This document shows, one piece after another, positions 26,342-35,125 of a stretch of 38,093 nt of DNA. A program made the position numbers and the translations under genes. The notes under the pieces were generated by a model. That model was not told the DNA's origin. It saw only the letters and a list, made by a program, of their open reading frames with translations, and searched no databases. Source of the DNA: a virus (Duplodnaviria > Caudoviricetes); IMG/VR virus record IMGVR_UViG_3300033512_000133, positions 1 through 38,093 of that record; one strand, given 5' to 3'. The first letter of the stretch is position 1; the number at the start of each line of letters is the position of its first letter.

Positions 26342-26391
26342 ACCGAACATTGGTTTGACTGGCTTTAGTCCAGTCGAAACCGTTGTTAGCT
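26342..26391 (-). other. attC-like recombination site (50 bp)
   Basis: AGCTAAC-5-TTTCGACT-GGACTAAAGCC-AGTCAAA-5-GTTCGGT, with extra C and extra A at the canonical extrahelical positions. Confidence 0.6.
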
Positions 26392-26583
26392 GTCTTGTAT
26401 TGCTACCCAATCAATATCATCACGCTCTTCACAAAAATCATCAAAAGCAACCACTGATGATTGAGATTCGCAAGAGCGGAAATTATCCGCATAAACCTTG
26501 TCGCAACTGACGAAAAGCCACCCGTCAGATTTTTCTTTCGGAATGTTGACATTAATCTTTTTGTAGAAAAACTCTATTCTCAT
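26386..26583 (-). CDS. Hypothetical protein
   Basis: 65 aa. Its stop codon lies inside the R'' box of the attC-like site. Confidence 0.6.
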   Translation of the reverse strand: MRIEFFYKKINVNIPKEKSDGWLFVSCDKVYADNFRSCESQSSVVAFDDFCEERDDIDWVAIQDS

Positions 26584-26807
26584 TTATTTTCCCTATTTTC
26601 CTTTCCCAAAATATTCATTTTGTTAAATTCTAACTCAATATCAACCAGCGGTTTTATCACACAAGATACATACCACCATATCATGCTCAAATAGGCTATT
26701 GCTTGCTGTGACGTTCTCTTATCTTCTGATTTTAACCTGTCATATAGTGTATCCATGGTCTTTCCCGTGTCTTTTCTTTCCCTTTCGTACTTTTCCTCAT
26801 TGGTCAC
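26580..26807 (-). CDS. Hypothetical protein
   Basis: 75-aa ORF overlapping both neighbours. Confidence 0.55.
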   Translation of the reverse strand: MTNEEKYERERKDTGKTMDTLYDRLKSEDKRTSQQAIAYLSMIWWYVSCVIKPLVDIELEFNKMNILGKENRENK

Positions 26808-27165
26808 CTGCTAACTCCTTGTCTGTTAACGCTACGCGTCTCCTTGCATAAACAACATCAAACTTTGAATATGCTCGATGATACATCCTAGCCATTTGAT
26901 CAGGAGTGCTGTAAAAGCTCCACGTAGCCATTTCGTCAAGGGAAGCAATTTTAGTCCCGTTCTCGTTGCCATCAAACCATTCATAATGAACAACTTCATA
27001 ACTCTTTTCGTCTATGCGATTAATTACCCTGCCTTGATGCACCAGCCGTCCATCTATAAAACTATGAAAATGCAATCCGACAAGCCCTTTTTCACGCTCT
27101 TTATACATTTCTTTTATTATCTCTGGTTCCCAATTAGATTTTTTTCCGAATGCTACTTTTTCCAT
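26797..27165 (-). CDS. Hypothetical protein
   Basis: First ORF after the 27217-27245 promoter. Start re-called to the ATG after AAGGA. Confidence 0.65.
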   Translation of the reverse strand: MEKVAFGKKSNWEPEIIKEMYKEREKGLVGLHFHSFIDGRLVHQGRVINRIDEKSYEVVHYEWFDGNENGTKIASLDEMATWSFYSTPDQMARMYHRAYSKFDVVYARRRVALTDKELAGDQ

Positions 27166-27216
27166 TTGTTTTCCTTTTCCCAAAATATTCATGTAGTGCT
27201 ATAACCTGCTATTACA

Positions 27217-27245
27217 ATTATCTATGAAACCTTTTGTTTTGTCAA
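27217..27245 (-). promoter_or_regulatory. Sigma70-type promoter for the accessory gene run
   Basis: TTGACA-17 nt-GATAAT. Confidence 0.65.
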
Positions 27246-27375
27246 CTTTTACGTATGAAATATTTGCGTATTCGTTAAACCTCCCAAAACGTGCTTAATT
27301 TCATTTTCTTTCGCCAAGTCGCTTACATTTACGGTTTCTGTGTCTATTCGCAAATTTGCCACTGATTTACCTTCT

Positions 27376-27663
27376 CTACGCCTTTTTTTCGGATTGTCCC
27401 GAATCATCTTTTACAAAACGATACTCGCCGTAATTTCCTTGTGGTCTTGTTAAAGCGTTGCTAATGGCTCTTCTTGGAAATCCGTAATATCTTTCTGCCT
27501 CCAATATCGACTTAAACACTTTCCCATCATTCACGCATTTTAACGCTATCCGTGTTTGCCCTTTTCGCTCTTTGCGTTTGCCGTTGTCGCCTTTTACTCT
27601 GCCTTTCCCCCACGAGCTTGTGAGCCTGTGTGTTGAACGGCTAAAATCTATGTGTGTCATCAC
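27376..27663 (-). CDS. NUMOD1-like DNA-binding domain protein
   Basis: CVNDGKVFKSILEAERYYG...ISNAL pattern. No nuclease domain seen. Confidence 0.65.
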   Translation of the reverse strand: MMTHIDFSRSTHRLTSSWGKGRVKGDNGKRKERKGQTRIALKCVNDGKVFKSILEAERYYGFPRRAISNALTRPQGNYGEYRFVKDDSGQSEKKA

Positions 27664-28092
27664 TTAACCTCCATTGCTTTCAATAAACCGCTGTATTTCT
27701 GTGTCGGTTTTAATATTACAACCTTCTTTTAGTTTTCTTCTAACCAATTGGCAAAAATACACTCCTGCCGAAACTCTTTCGCCGTCAACGGTAAACATTT
27801 TTTGAGCTGGTTCAGCCAGCAATTTTCTATTTTCCGCAACAATCCGCAAGCCTTCTGCCCGCATTCTGTTGGATTCTAATCGTTCTTCAACAATTCCCAT
27901 TGCTTCCGAAAATTCAGGTATTCCAGGCGGAACTCCGTATTTTGCAGAAACGGTCTCGAATAAAACTACAGCAAGCGTTGATAGTAGTTCATCGTTGCGA
28001 TTTGTTGCCCACGCAATTACAACTGGTTTTTGCAATTCTCGGTATTTGCCGTAAAACGCCTCTAAACTCGACGCAAATGAATCTGCCGTCAT
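27664..28092 (-). CDS. Replication-associated protein (helicase loader/inhibitor-like, putative)
   Basis: Directly after the initiator, with a KYGVPPGIPEF motif. Start re-called to 28092. Confidence 0.45.
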   Translation of the reverse strand: MTADSFASSLEAFYGKYRELQKPVVIAWATNRNDELLSTLAVVLFETVSAKYGVPPGIPEFSEAMGIVEERLESNRMRAEGLRIVAENRKLLAEPAQKMFTVDGERVSAGVYFCQLVRRKLKEGCNIKTDTEIQRFIESNGG

Positions 28093-28094
28093 AA

Positions 28095-29114
28095 TTAACC
28101 TCCTATGCCTAATTCTTTCAAAAGAAAGGCGGTTTGAGCACTCATAGCCGGTTCTCGAATGGATTCTAAAACCTGCCCCCAAACAGTTTCGCCCGATAAC
28201 GCAAGCGGCGTTGTTGGTTGTGTTCGCCAAAAGCCTGATGCTGACCTGTCTTCGGCTTTTCGTTTTAGAAACGCTTGAACCATCGATGTAGCTCCGCCAA
28301 TGGCATCTGTGCCAAATTGGGCTTTTGTTTTATCAACCAAACGCCACATTGCCTTTGCCTGTATAGCAGAATCGTTCTTGGTGAGGTTTATACCTCCCTG
28401 TTTGATAAGACTATTCCAGTACACTTCCCCTATACGCTGATCTTCCTCGGTTCGCTTCCTTATGGTGGTTGGTGAAGGTGTTTGTTTTGGGAATAAAATT
28501 AAGTTATCCTTATCACCATCAGCAACGGCGATAGCCGGTGCAAATTCTTCTGCTTTTTCGATGTTTTCAAGATTTTCGCTAGAATTTCTAGTATTAATAT
28601 TTATATTAATAGCCTTAGCCTTAGCCTTAATAGTACTTTTTTGCTTCAACTGTTGCTCAAGCTCTTGCTCGGAATCTGCTTCAATTTTGCTTGGCATTTG
28701 CTCAAGCATTTGCTTGGATTTTGCTTGGAATTCGCCCAAATTTGCCATTTCTTCCCGTTTTTCTGCACTGCGAAGACCACCTCGTCTTGCATACTCTTTT
28801 CTTTCTTCACTCAGTTTTTTACGTTGAAGATCCTTTTCATCTGCTATTCTTAATTCATTATCTATTCGTTTATGATGCCATTTGCCATTTTCCACAGTGA
28901 AAAAGTCAGCTATCACCAGCTTGAGACTCGACCATTCCTGATGTGTCGCATGTGCCATCTTTGCTAATTTCTGGTCATTCTCTGGCAAGGCTTCGCCCGC
29001 CATCCAATAGGCCATAATCAATAGTAAATAAGCTCCATGCTCACTTCTGGAGAGGTGCGCTGTATCGGCTAGGTAATCAGTGACAAAGAACGGCATATAG
29101 CTTCTGTTGCTCAT
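28095..29114 (-). CDS. DUF1376/YdaU family replication initiator
   Basis: YMPFFVTDYLADTAHLS..EHGAYLLL..YW and HKRIDNEL. Start re-called to 29114. Confidence 0.85.
   Translation of the reverse strand: MSNRSYMPFFVTDYLADTAHLSRSEHGAYLLLIMAYWMAGEALPENDQKLAKMAHATHQEWSSLKLVIADFFTVENGKWHHKRIDNELRIADEKDLQRKKLSEERKEYARRGGLRSAEKREEMANLGEFQAKSKQMLEQMPSKIEADSEQELEQQLKQKSTIKAKAKAINININTRNSSENLENIEKAEEFAPAIAVADGDKDNLILFPKQTPSPTTIRKRTEEDQRIGEVYWNSLIKQGGINLTKNDSAIQAKAMWRLVDKTKAQFGTDAIGGATSMVQAFLKRKAEDRSASGFWRTQPTTPLALSGETVWGQVLESIREPAMSAQTAFLLKELGIGG
28590..28730. repeat. Iteron-like repeats plus AT-rich tract (candidate origin)
   Basis: About seven TTGCT(T/C) units including TTGCTCAAGC twice, then tagcct x3 and an AT-rich stretch, all inside the initiator gene. 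Confidence 0.6.
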
Positions 29115-29124
29115 TATAATCTCC

Positions 29125-29529
29125 TTAGAAAGGAATATCGTCTTGGAATACGTCGCTATCATGCGTATCTGCTTGAAAGGTCTGTACTGGTGCTGTTCCG
29201 TTTTCTTTACCGCCAAGCAATTGCAGAGTTTGACATATAATATGTACCTTGCTGTGCTTTTGCCCGTCTTTTTCATAACGGTCTTGTTTTAGCTCGCCTT
29301 GGACTCCCACGGTTTTACCCTTGGTTAGAAATTTTTGAACTGCTTCACCCATTTTCCCAAATATAGTAATGTCAAAGAAATTCGCTTCATCTGTCCATTG
29401 ATCGCCTTTCTTAATTCTGCGATTTATGGCAAGGCTAAAGTTGACAATTGCCATTCCGCTTTGGGCATATTTGATTTCTGCATCCCTAGTCAATCTTCCT
29501 ACTAAAATAGCACAATTAATTTCCGCCAT
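29125..29529 (-). CDS. ssb: Single-stranded DNA-binding protein
   Basis: INCAILVGRLTRDAE OB fold and C-terminal DDIPF. Confidence 0.95.
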   Translation of the reverse strand: MAEINCAILVGRLTRDAEIKYAQSGMAIVNFSLAINRRIKKGDQWTDEANFFDITIFGKMGEAVQKFLTKGKTVGVQGELKQDRYEKDGQKHSKVHIICQTLQLLGGKENGTAPVQTFQADTHDSDVFQDDIPF

Positions 29530-29771
29530 TATGATCTCCTTTTGTTTAATGCAGTGCTAAACTTTTCCTGCAATCCGTGTATGTATGCAAATTTTCTGCT
29601 GCCTATTGCGTGTATTTTTGTGTGGTGGTAGTAGCACAATGCCAGCAAATTTGTAGCGTCGTCGCTTCCGCCTGCTCCTCGGGTTCGTATGTGGTGGATC
29701 TGCGTGTCAGGCATCCCACACACTTCACAAAATAAATGTGCTTTTCTGTATGCTTTGATTTGGCTTTTCAT
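29529..29771 (-). CDS. Small HNH nuclease
   Basis: CEVC...HHIRTRGAGG.D...NLLALC..HH. Confidence 0.85.
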   Translation of the reverse strand: MKSQIKAYRKAHLFCEVCGMPDTQIHHIRTRGAGGSDDATNLLALCYYHHTKIHAIGSRKFAYIHGLQEKFSTALNKRRS

Positions 29772-30175
29772 TCTTCCCTCAATCTAATGTTGGATTCTGC
29801 TGCGATAAAATGCAGGGCTTCGATCAAAATCCCTGCCTGTTCGGTATCAAGCTCGGTTTCGCTGTACGGTACTACTTGATCAAATACCGTGCGGAAAGGG
29901 TAGCCCATGCTTATAGCCTGGTACTTGGCAGCAAGCTTTACCGTGTCAAAGTCGTTGCCTGTCTCCATGGCAATTTGCTGAACATGACCATTGATATGAT
30001 GGTTTTGGCTTGCTTCGCCTGTAGTCCGTGGCATCGACGGTTTAAGCAGTTGTATCCGCACATATCCAGCGGTCAACTTGCCTACAAACGCCGTAGCATG
30101 TCCTATAATGTTTTCTGGTATGTCTACAGTTAGCCTGCTTTTATACAGGCTAAACTTTGTTGTAAACTCTATCAT
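29768..30175 (-). CDS. NinB-like recombination accessory protein (putative)
   Basis: RT...SQN...H and SETELD..Q...LIE pattern, next to RecT. Confidence 0.5.
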   Translation of the reverse strand: MIEFTTKFSLYKSRLTVDIPENIIGHATAFVGKLTAGYVRIQLLKPSMPRTTGEASQNHHINGHVQQIAMETGNDFDTVKLAAKYQAISMGYPFRTVFDQVVPYSETELDTEQAGILIEALHFIAAESNIRLREE

Positions 30176-31326
30176 TAAAATATATCCAGTTCTTTTTTTT
30201 CTGCTTTTGGCTCTTGATTGCGATTTTCTAAAGCCGTTAATAACACTTGCAGACTATCTATATCCATGCCCATGTCCATAACTTGTGGCATTACTTTGCC
30301 CCAATCTGCTGTGGCACGCACCAGAGCACCAATCTTGACTCGTAGCATAGCCACATCAAGCATTTTTTTGTCATGATTGGCGGCGCTTTCTTTTATCATA
30401 CGTGTTACGCCGATAAAGTCTTTTTCGCCTTGTGTCCAAGATCCTTCGCCACCGTTTGTGCCTACAATCCTTCCAAGTACCTGTATGGTGCTTGTTCTGT
30501 AGGCGGCGTAATCGTATTTTTGAAGCTCTGGACTTGCTTGAAGTTTTTGTGCATGGTCAATCGATTCTGAGCTTGGCTCATACGCTTTTTCTGGCACTGG
30601 TGCAGGCTTTATGGGCTGTGTTTTGACTGGCTCTGGCACAACTACGGCATCGCTTACGTCGGCTTTTGCGGTGACAACGGGGATGACGGATTGTTTTGGT
30701 TCTTCTGGTTTAATCTGTGGTTCGGGGGTAACGTTGCGGGTCATTTCGTCGGGCAGTTCTTCGGGCGTGTATGGCATTCCTGCCAATTCATCAGGAAAAC
30801 ACAAACGAAAACCTTGGGCCATGGCTACTTTCTTAATCATGGTTTGTGGTTTGCTTCCCCACACGTCATTATCTTGGGTGTACTCACTAAATAGCACTTC
30901 ATGCACAAACGGTCTTGTCCGGTCTTTGCGGTAGATTTCGATCATAGCTTTTAAGTTACCTACCCATGCGATTACTTCTTTTTCCCAAACTCCACCGTCT
31001 CTCTTTTTTATCTTTTTTACGATTGTTTTTTCGGTTATTGTTCCTTCTGTCCATGCTCTCCATCCATCAAGCTGCCCTGTCCGCTCGGCACGTTTTAGAT
31101 ACACTTCGTATCCCGTAAGAATCGACAGCTTGCGCTTGTCGCCTTCACCATAAGGTATGCAGTAGATTTCTTTTTTGAATGGGTTTAGGTTGAAGGCCTG
31201 AGCAATCTCGATAAACTGGCTTGATTCTAATTGTGATAACTGCCCGCAGACAAAAGTAGCAAGATATTCCATCAACTTGTCTCGCTGAATTATTTCATTT
31301 TCTGGTCTTACTGCTACGGTACTCAT
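30175..31326 (-). CDS. RecT/Bet ssDNA annealing protein
   Basis: LNPFKKEIYCI and W..KPQTMIKKVAMAQGFRLCFP..GMPY..EE. Confidence 0.92.
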   Translation of the reverse strand: MSTVAVRPENEIIQRDKLMEYLATFVCGQLSQLESSQFIEIAQAFNLNPFKKEIYCIPYGEGDKRKLSILTGYEVYLKRAERTGQLDGWRAWTEGTITEKTIVKKIKKRDGGVWEKEVIAWVGNLKAMIEIYRKDRTRPFVHEVLFSEYTQDNDVWGSKPQTMIKKVAMAQGFRLCFPDELAGMPYTPEELPDEMTRNVTPEPQIKPEEPKQSVIPVVTAKADVSDAVVVPEPVKTQPIKPAPVPEKAYEPSSESIDHAQKLQASPELQKYDYAAYRTSTIQVLGRIVGTNGGEGSWTQGEKDFIGVTRMIKESAANHDKKMLDVAMLRVKIGALVRATADWGKVMPQVMDMGMDIDSLQVLLTALENRNQEPKAEKKELDIF

Positions 31327-31493
31327 TTTGTATTCTCCTTTTTTTCTTGTGGCTCTGGCAAACTTTTGTTTACCAACACAATCAATGCTCTGGTTCTGGT
31401 TAAATATTCTTTTTTTGCGTATGCGTCTAGTTTGGCAAGTATTGCCGGGGGTAGTCTAAAATTAGTTAATATTATTTTCTGGTTTACTGCCAT
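31323..31493 (-). CDS. Ribbon-helix-helix regulator (pair B, leftward)
   Basis: LTNFRLPPAILAKLDAYAKKEYLTRT. GGAGG RBS; promoter TTGACA-17-TACATT at 31515-31543. Confidence 0.8.
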   Translation of the reverse strand: MAVNQKIILTNFRLPPAILAKLDAYAKKEYLTRTRALIVLVNKSLPEPQEKKENTK

Positions 31494-31586
31494 TTTCAAC
31501 CTCCATGTAATACGAATGTAAAGCAATCCGTTTTACTTGTCAAGTAATTCTTGAAGTTTTTTGTAAAATATATCGATAATTGTTTT

Positions 31587-31802
31587 ATGGCCAAAACGCT
31601 AACAAATTTTAGGATCACTGATGAACTCCTTTCTGCGGTTGACGAAGCGGCTGAACTCGAAGGGCGTGGACGAACAGACCTTGTTGAGTATGTTCTTTCC
31701 AAATGGTTGCGCGAGACATACCCAGGCTTATGGACTAAAGCATTCCCCGAGCTTGCCGAGAAACGCAAGCAATATCTTGTCGACAAAGCCGACCCGAAAT
31801 AG
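31587..31802 (+). CDS. Ribbon-helix-helix regulator (pair B, rightward)
   Basis: LTNFRITDELLSAVDEAAELEGRGRTDLVE. ATG lies 6 nt after GATAAT. Confidence 0.8.
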   Translation: MAKTLTNFRITDELLSAVDEAAELEGRGRTDLVEYVLSKWLRETYPGLWTKAFPELAEKRKQYLVDKADPK

Positions 31803-31816
31803 GGGATTACGACGAC

Positions 31817-32122
31817 TCATGCTGATGCCCTTTTTTGACGTCTGGCTTCTGCTTTTTCCTGCCTTTCGTTTTCTGCAACATTTAAAATCATCAGCTGTTT
31901 TAATGCTTCTACAATCGCTTCACATGGGGGGTATTTGGCTTGCAACGCCAAGAGGTCTCCCCACACATCCAAACATTCATCGTCTCGACTAACAAACCTT
32001 GCAGCTTTCGCATAGTGGTTTATTTGGGCGACTATATCCGCCATAATCGTGACTATTTCATGCGGGCGCTTTTCGTCACCACGCATCACGGTGAATCGTT
32101 CAACAGGGATAATATTACTCAT
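31817..32122 (-). CDS. Hypothetical protein
   Basis: 101 aa, ATGA overlap with the upstream anti-repressor. Confidence 0.65.
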   Translation of the reverse strand: MSNIIPVERFTVMRGDEKRPHEIVTIMADIVAQINHYAKAARFVSRDDECLDVWGDLLALQAKYPPCEAIVEALKQLMILNVAENERQEKAEARRQKRASA

Positions 32123-32868
32123 GCTGTTTTCCTTGGGGCCATTCCCTTGTCCTCAAGCCGTTTTAGAATTAGTTGAATACCTTTTTGATACACCATCGTT
32201 GTAAAGGTTACTTTTGTTTCACCTTTTGAATTTTGATAGCTCGATTGCACTACTCTAAAATGTTTCTTATCTACAAATTCCTGATAAGGCTGATTGTTCT
32301 CCATTAAAATTTCTTCGTCTCGCAAGAATGCAAAGAGGTTATTCCTTCCCATTGCTGGTACATCGATTATTTTTGCCACATTATTCATGTGTATAGCGTC
32401 CTTGCTGGAGGTTACTGCATCAAAGTATTCTGCTTTTGGCGACATAAGGGCAAGATCAGCCCGCTGGGAATCAATTTGCTCCGATTGATCCGCACATAAT
32501 CTAAGTGCATCAGAATATGTTTTTGGTATGTAAAATTCTGGTTTTGAGTACGATCCTGTTTTACGAATGCTTGGAAGTACTTCCGATGTTACCCATTTCT
32601 TGAACGCTTTTGCTTCTGGTTTGTTGCTACCTATTACTGCATTGTAAAGTCCGCTTTCGTTGATTATTGCCATATTCTGCATTCCGCCAAGGGTCTGTAA
32701 ATTTTGCATACCCTTTTCGTCCTCATCTAATCTTCTTGTCATAGTCGCTGTATCTGTATATCCTAATACTTCGGCTACATCTTTTGCAACAAACCATGGG
32801 TCACTGTTCACCATGACTGTCCTGATTTCTTTGTTCCCTTGAAACTTAAATACTGTTAATTCGTTCAT
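32119..32868 (-). CDS. Anti-repressor, BRO-N + KilA-C (ANT) domains
   Basis: PWFVAKDVAEVLGY, INESGLY, KWVTSEVLPSIRKTG and GRNNLFAFLR..PYQ. Confidence 0.92.
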   Translation of the reverse strand: MNELTVFKFQGNKEIRTVMVNSDPWFVAKDVAEVLGYTDTATMTRRLDEDEKGMQNLQTLGGMQNMAIINESGLYNAVIGSNKPEAKAFKKWVTSEVLPSIRKTGSYSKPEFYIPKTYSDALRLCADQSEQIDSQRADLALMSPKAEYFDAVTSSKDAIHMNNVAKIIDVPAMGRNNLFAFLRDEEILMENNQPYQEFVDKKHFRVVQSSYQNSKGETKVTFTTMVYQKGIQLILKRLEDKGMAPRKTA

Positions 32869-33026
32869 ACTGCTTTCTCCTTGTTTTCTTCCCGCCGTGC
32901 TTCACGCAAACCTTTGGTGATAAGCATTGTTAGCCATGCAGTCAAACTCACGCCATTGCGTTTAGCTTCAATTTCTGCTTGACCCTTGAGTCCCTCATAC
33001 AACCAGAATTGCACTTTATCTCTCAT
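32865..33026 (-). CDS. Ribbon-helix-helix regulator (pair C, leftward), 53 aa
   Basis: MRDKVQFWLYEGLKGQAEIEAKRNGVSLTAWLTML..., missed by the ORF track. GGGAG RBS and ATGA overlap with BRO. Confidence 0.7.
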   Translation of the reverse strand: MRDKVQFWLYEGLKGQAEIEAKRNGVSLTAWLTMLITKGLREARREENKEKAV

Positions 33027-33127
33027 ATCATGCTCCCATTAGTAGTATATGTTCCTATTGGGATTGTTGTCAAGCAAAAAATACCAAATAATTTAATTTT
33101 TTTGCACCCAATACCGATAATGGGAGT

Positions 33128-33388
33128 ATGGCCGATAGAGAAGATAAAAAATTTAGTGCATGGCTTCCAATCGAAGTGTCTGCATTGCTTGATGAGCTTG
33201 CTCACGGCAGGCAATCCACCAAAACACAAGTTGTCATTGACGGAATACTTGCCATTGCCTCTGGTCAGCAATCCGCTCAAGTGCCTGCCGAAATTCTTGA
33301 AACCCTTCGCAAGCTGGAAGCTGGTCAAGCATCCACCCAAAAAGCCCTTGAAGAAATCCGCTGGATGATTACCAAGCTGGAACGGTAA
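33128..33388 (+). CDS. Ribbon-helix-helix-like regulator (pair C, rightward)
   Basis: KKFSAWLPIEVSALLDELA...TKTQVV plus a coiled-coil tail. ATG lies 6 nt after GATAAT. Confidence 0.7.
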   Translation: MADREDKKFSAWLPIEVSALLDELAHGRQSTKTQVVIDGILAIASGQQSAQVPAEILETLRKLEAGQASTQKALEEIRWMITKLER

Positions 33389-33393
33389 GGCAC

Positions 33394-34059
33394 TCATGCT
33401 GTTGCCGTTCTATTTTGATTGATCCTAAGTTTCTGGAATGCTCCTGTTAATGCTTTCCCTGTTTCTTCCAACGATTCGCATACGTCATCAAGCCCTTGAA
33501 TGTGAGGACTGTCATCGAGCTTGAGCATCTCCATGGTTTCAAATATTGTTAGTACTGCCTTCTGGCGATGATCCATTTCTTTCTTTACAAGGTCTTCATC
33601 TCCAAACGCAACTTCATATTCCTTACGTGTTGCTATCCCAAATTGCTTCCCTTGAAGACCATGCTTTGCCCAGTGATCCGCTAAATTCTTTCGAGTTTCT
33701 TTTGACTTACGATCGAACTCACTTTCCAGAAGTTTTTTTGCTGTATCACGAGCCTTAATAAAGGCATCCCGAATTTCCACTCCTTTCTCAGTGGTTTCTG
33801 CCATGCCCAAGTGTTCGGCTGCACGTTGGGTCAGGTAATAAACCTTTTGAATTGATTTGCCACTTCCATTTGATCGTGTTCCCAGCCGGACATTTGTGAC
33901 TAGCTGGAAATCCACTCCACCAGCCAATGAAAGTTCCTCTATTTTCCGCACTATCCATTTGCTATGTTGTGTCTTTACCTCAAGAAACTCATGAATCTTT
34001 CGTGAATCTACAACTTTTACGCTATCCCGTATCTCAACGTAACTTGCTAAATCTTTCAT
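33394..34059 (-). CDS. AntA/AntB-type anti-repressor
   Basis: VDSRKIHEFLEVKT..SKWI..I, YYLT..AEHLGM.E..EKG..IR..F. Confidence 0.85.
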   Translation of the reverse strand: MKDLASYVEIRDSVKVVDSRKIHEFLEVKTQHSKWIVRKIEELSLAGGVDFQLVTNVRLGTRSNGSGKSIQKVYYLTQRAAEHLGMAETTEKGVEIRDAFIKARDTAKKLLESEFDRKSKETRKNLADHWAKHGLQGKQFGIATRKEYEVAFGDEDLVKKEMDHRQKAVLTIFETMEMLKLDDSPHIQGLDDVCESLEETGKALTGAFQKLRINQNRTATA

Positions 34060-34517
34060 ACAATCGACTCCTTGTTTTCTTCTTTCGGGATTTCTCTATT
34101 AAGCAAGTCAATTATTACGGTTGTACGATCTTGGTACTTTCCAGCTGCATATCGATCTAACCTCTCAAGTATTTCAATAGGCAGGCGAAAAGCTGTTTGT
34201 CTTCTTAAATCTGCGTAATCTCTGGCTTTGCGGAATGCGTCACGTATCGCTACGCCTTTTTCTCCCTCATCAGACATTCCAATGTGGTCAAAGGCTCGTT
34301 CAGTCAAGTAATAAACGATTGTTTGCCGTCCCCGTGTCTCTCCGTTTATTTTGTCCGTTTTTTGGACAAAATAGTCTACACCATGCTCAAGATGAAGCTG
34401 GTCAACTTTTTCCTGTATCCATTTATCATGGCGACGTGTTACCCCTAGGTAAGTACGTACTTTTCGATGATCCACGACTTTAACCCCGTCGTAATATTCA
34501 ATCTGTATCTCGTTCAT
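34056..34517 (-). CDS. AntA/AntB-type anti-repressor with C-terminal RHH
   Basis: Paralogous N-terminal domain plus TAFRLPIEILERLDRYA...RTTVI. Confidence 0.8.
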   Translation of the reverse strand: MNEIQIEYYDGVKVVDHRKVRTYLGVTRRHDKWIQEKVDQLHLEHGVDYFVQKTDKINGETRGRQTIVYYLTERAFDHIGMSDEGEKGVAIRDAFRKARDYADLRRQTAFRLPIEILERLDRYAAGKYQDRTTVIIDLLNREIPKEENKESIV

Positions 34518-35125
34518 ACTGCCTCCTCCTTGTTTTCTTCTTTCGGGATCGTGACGGTCTCATAACGCCTTGCCCAGCCTGCAAACAGGTTCTTGCTGTC
34601 CTCAAACTCGTCACCGCTGTACACGTCAATCTTGTACTTGCCAGTCTTTGCAAGGTAACACGCAATTCCTTGTGTGACAGCGTCAAAGCCCATGCTCTGC
34701 CATGCCAGTGCATACGCTGCGGTTTGTTCACGATGCCAGGGTGCTTTTACTCCTGTTTTTATGTCTATCACGGTACGCACGCCGTTTATTTCTACAAGCC
34801 TGTCCATTGTTCCAGCATACGCAAGTGCTTCATGGTACACTTGATGCTCTACCCGTAGGATGCGTACTTTTGTTTCGGCTTGAAATTGCTCCCAAGCACG
34901 CAGATACGGGTACATGTCGCTGTCGTCTTCAAAATCAAGGGGACTCAGCTCCAACGTGTCCATTGCTTCAGTTGCTGCATGTACACGGCTTCCCTTATCG
35001 CACGCTGTAGTGCCTTGGTAAAAATCCTTGGCACGATTTGCTTTAAGGATTTCGGACACGCTTGCTATGCGTATCTCTCCTTTCCAGTACGTGTGGTCTT
35101 CTGCTTGAAACCGTAGCAAGCTCAT
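34514..35125 (-). CDS. PD-(D/E)XK exonuclease
   Basis: SVSEIL, GSRVH, E...YAGTMDR, IDIKTG and QTAAY. Confidence 0.88.
   Translation of the reverse strand: MSLLRFQAEDHTYWKGEIRIASVSEILKANRAKDFYQGTTACDKGSRVHAATEAMDTLELSPLDFEDDSDMYPYLRAWEQFQAETKVRILRVEHQVYHEALAYAGTMDRLVEINGVRTVIDIKTGVKAPWHREQTAAYALAWQSMGFDAVTQGIACYLAKTGKYKIDVYSGDEFEDSKNLFAGWARRYETVTIPKEENKEEAV

Noticed and set aside
29115-29276. Long N-terminal extension of the DUF1376 ORF overlapping ssb
   Set aside because: The domain starts at MSNRSY after an AGGAG RBS; the extension has no motif.
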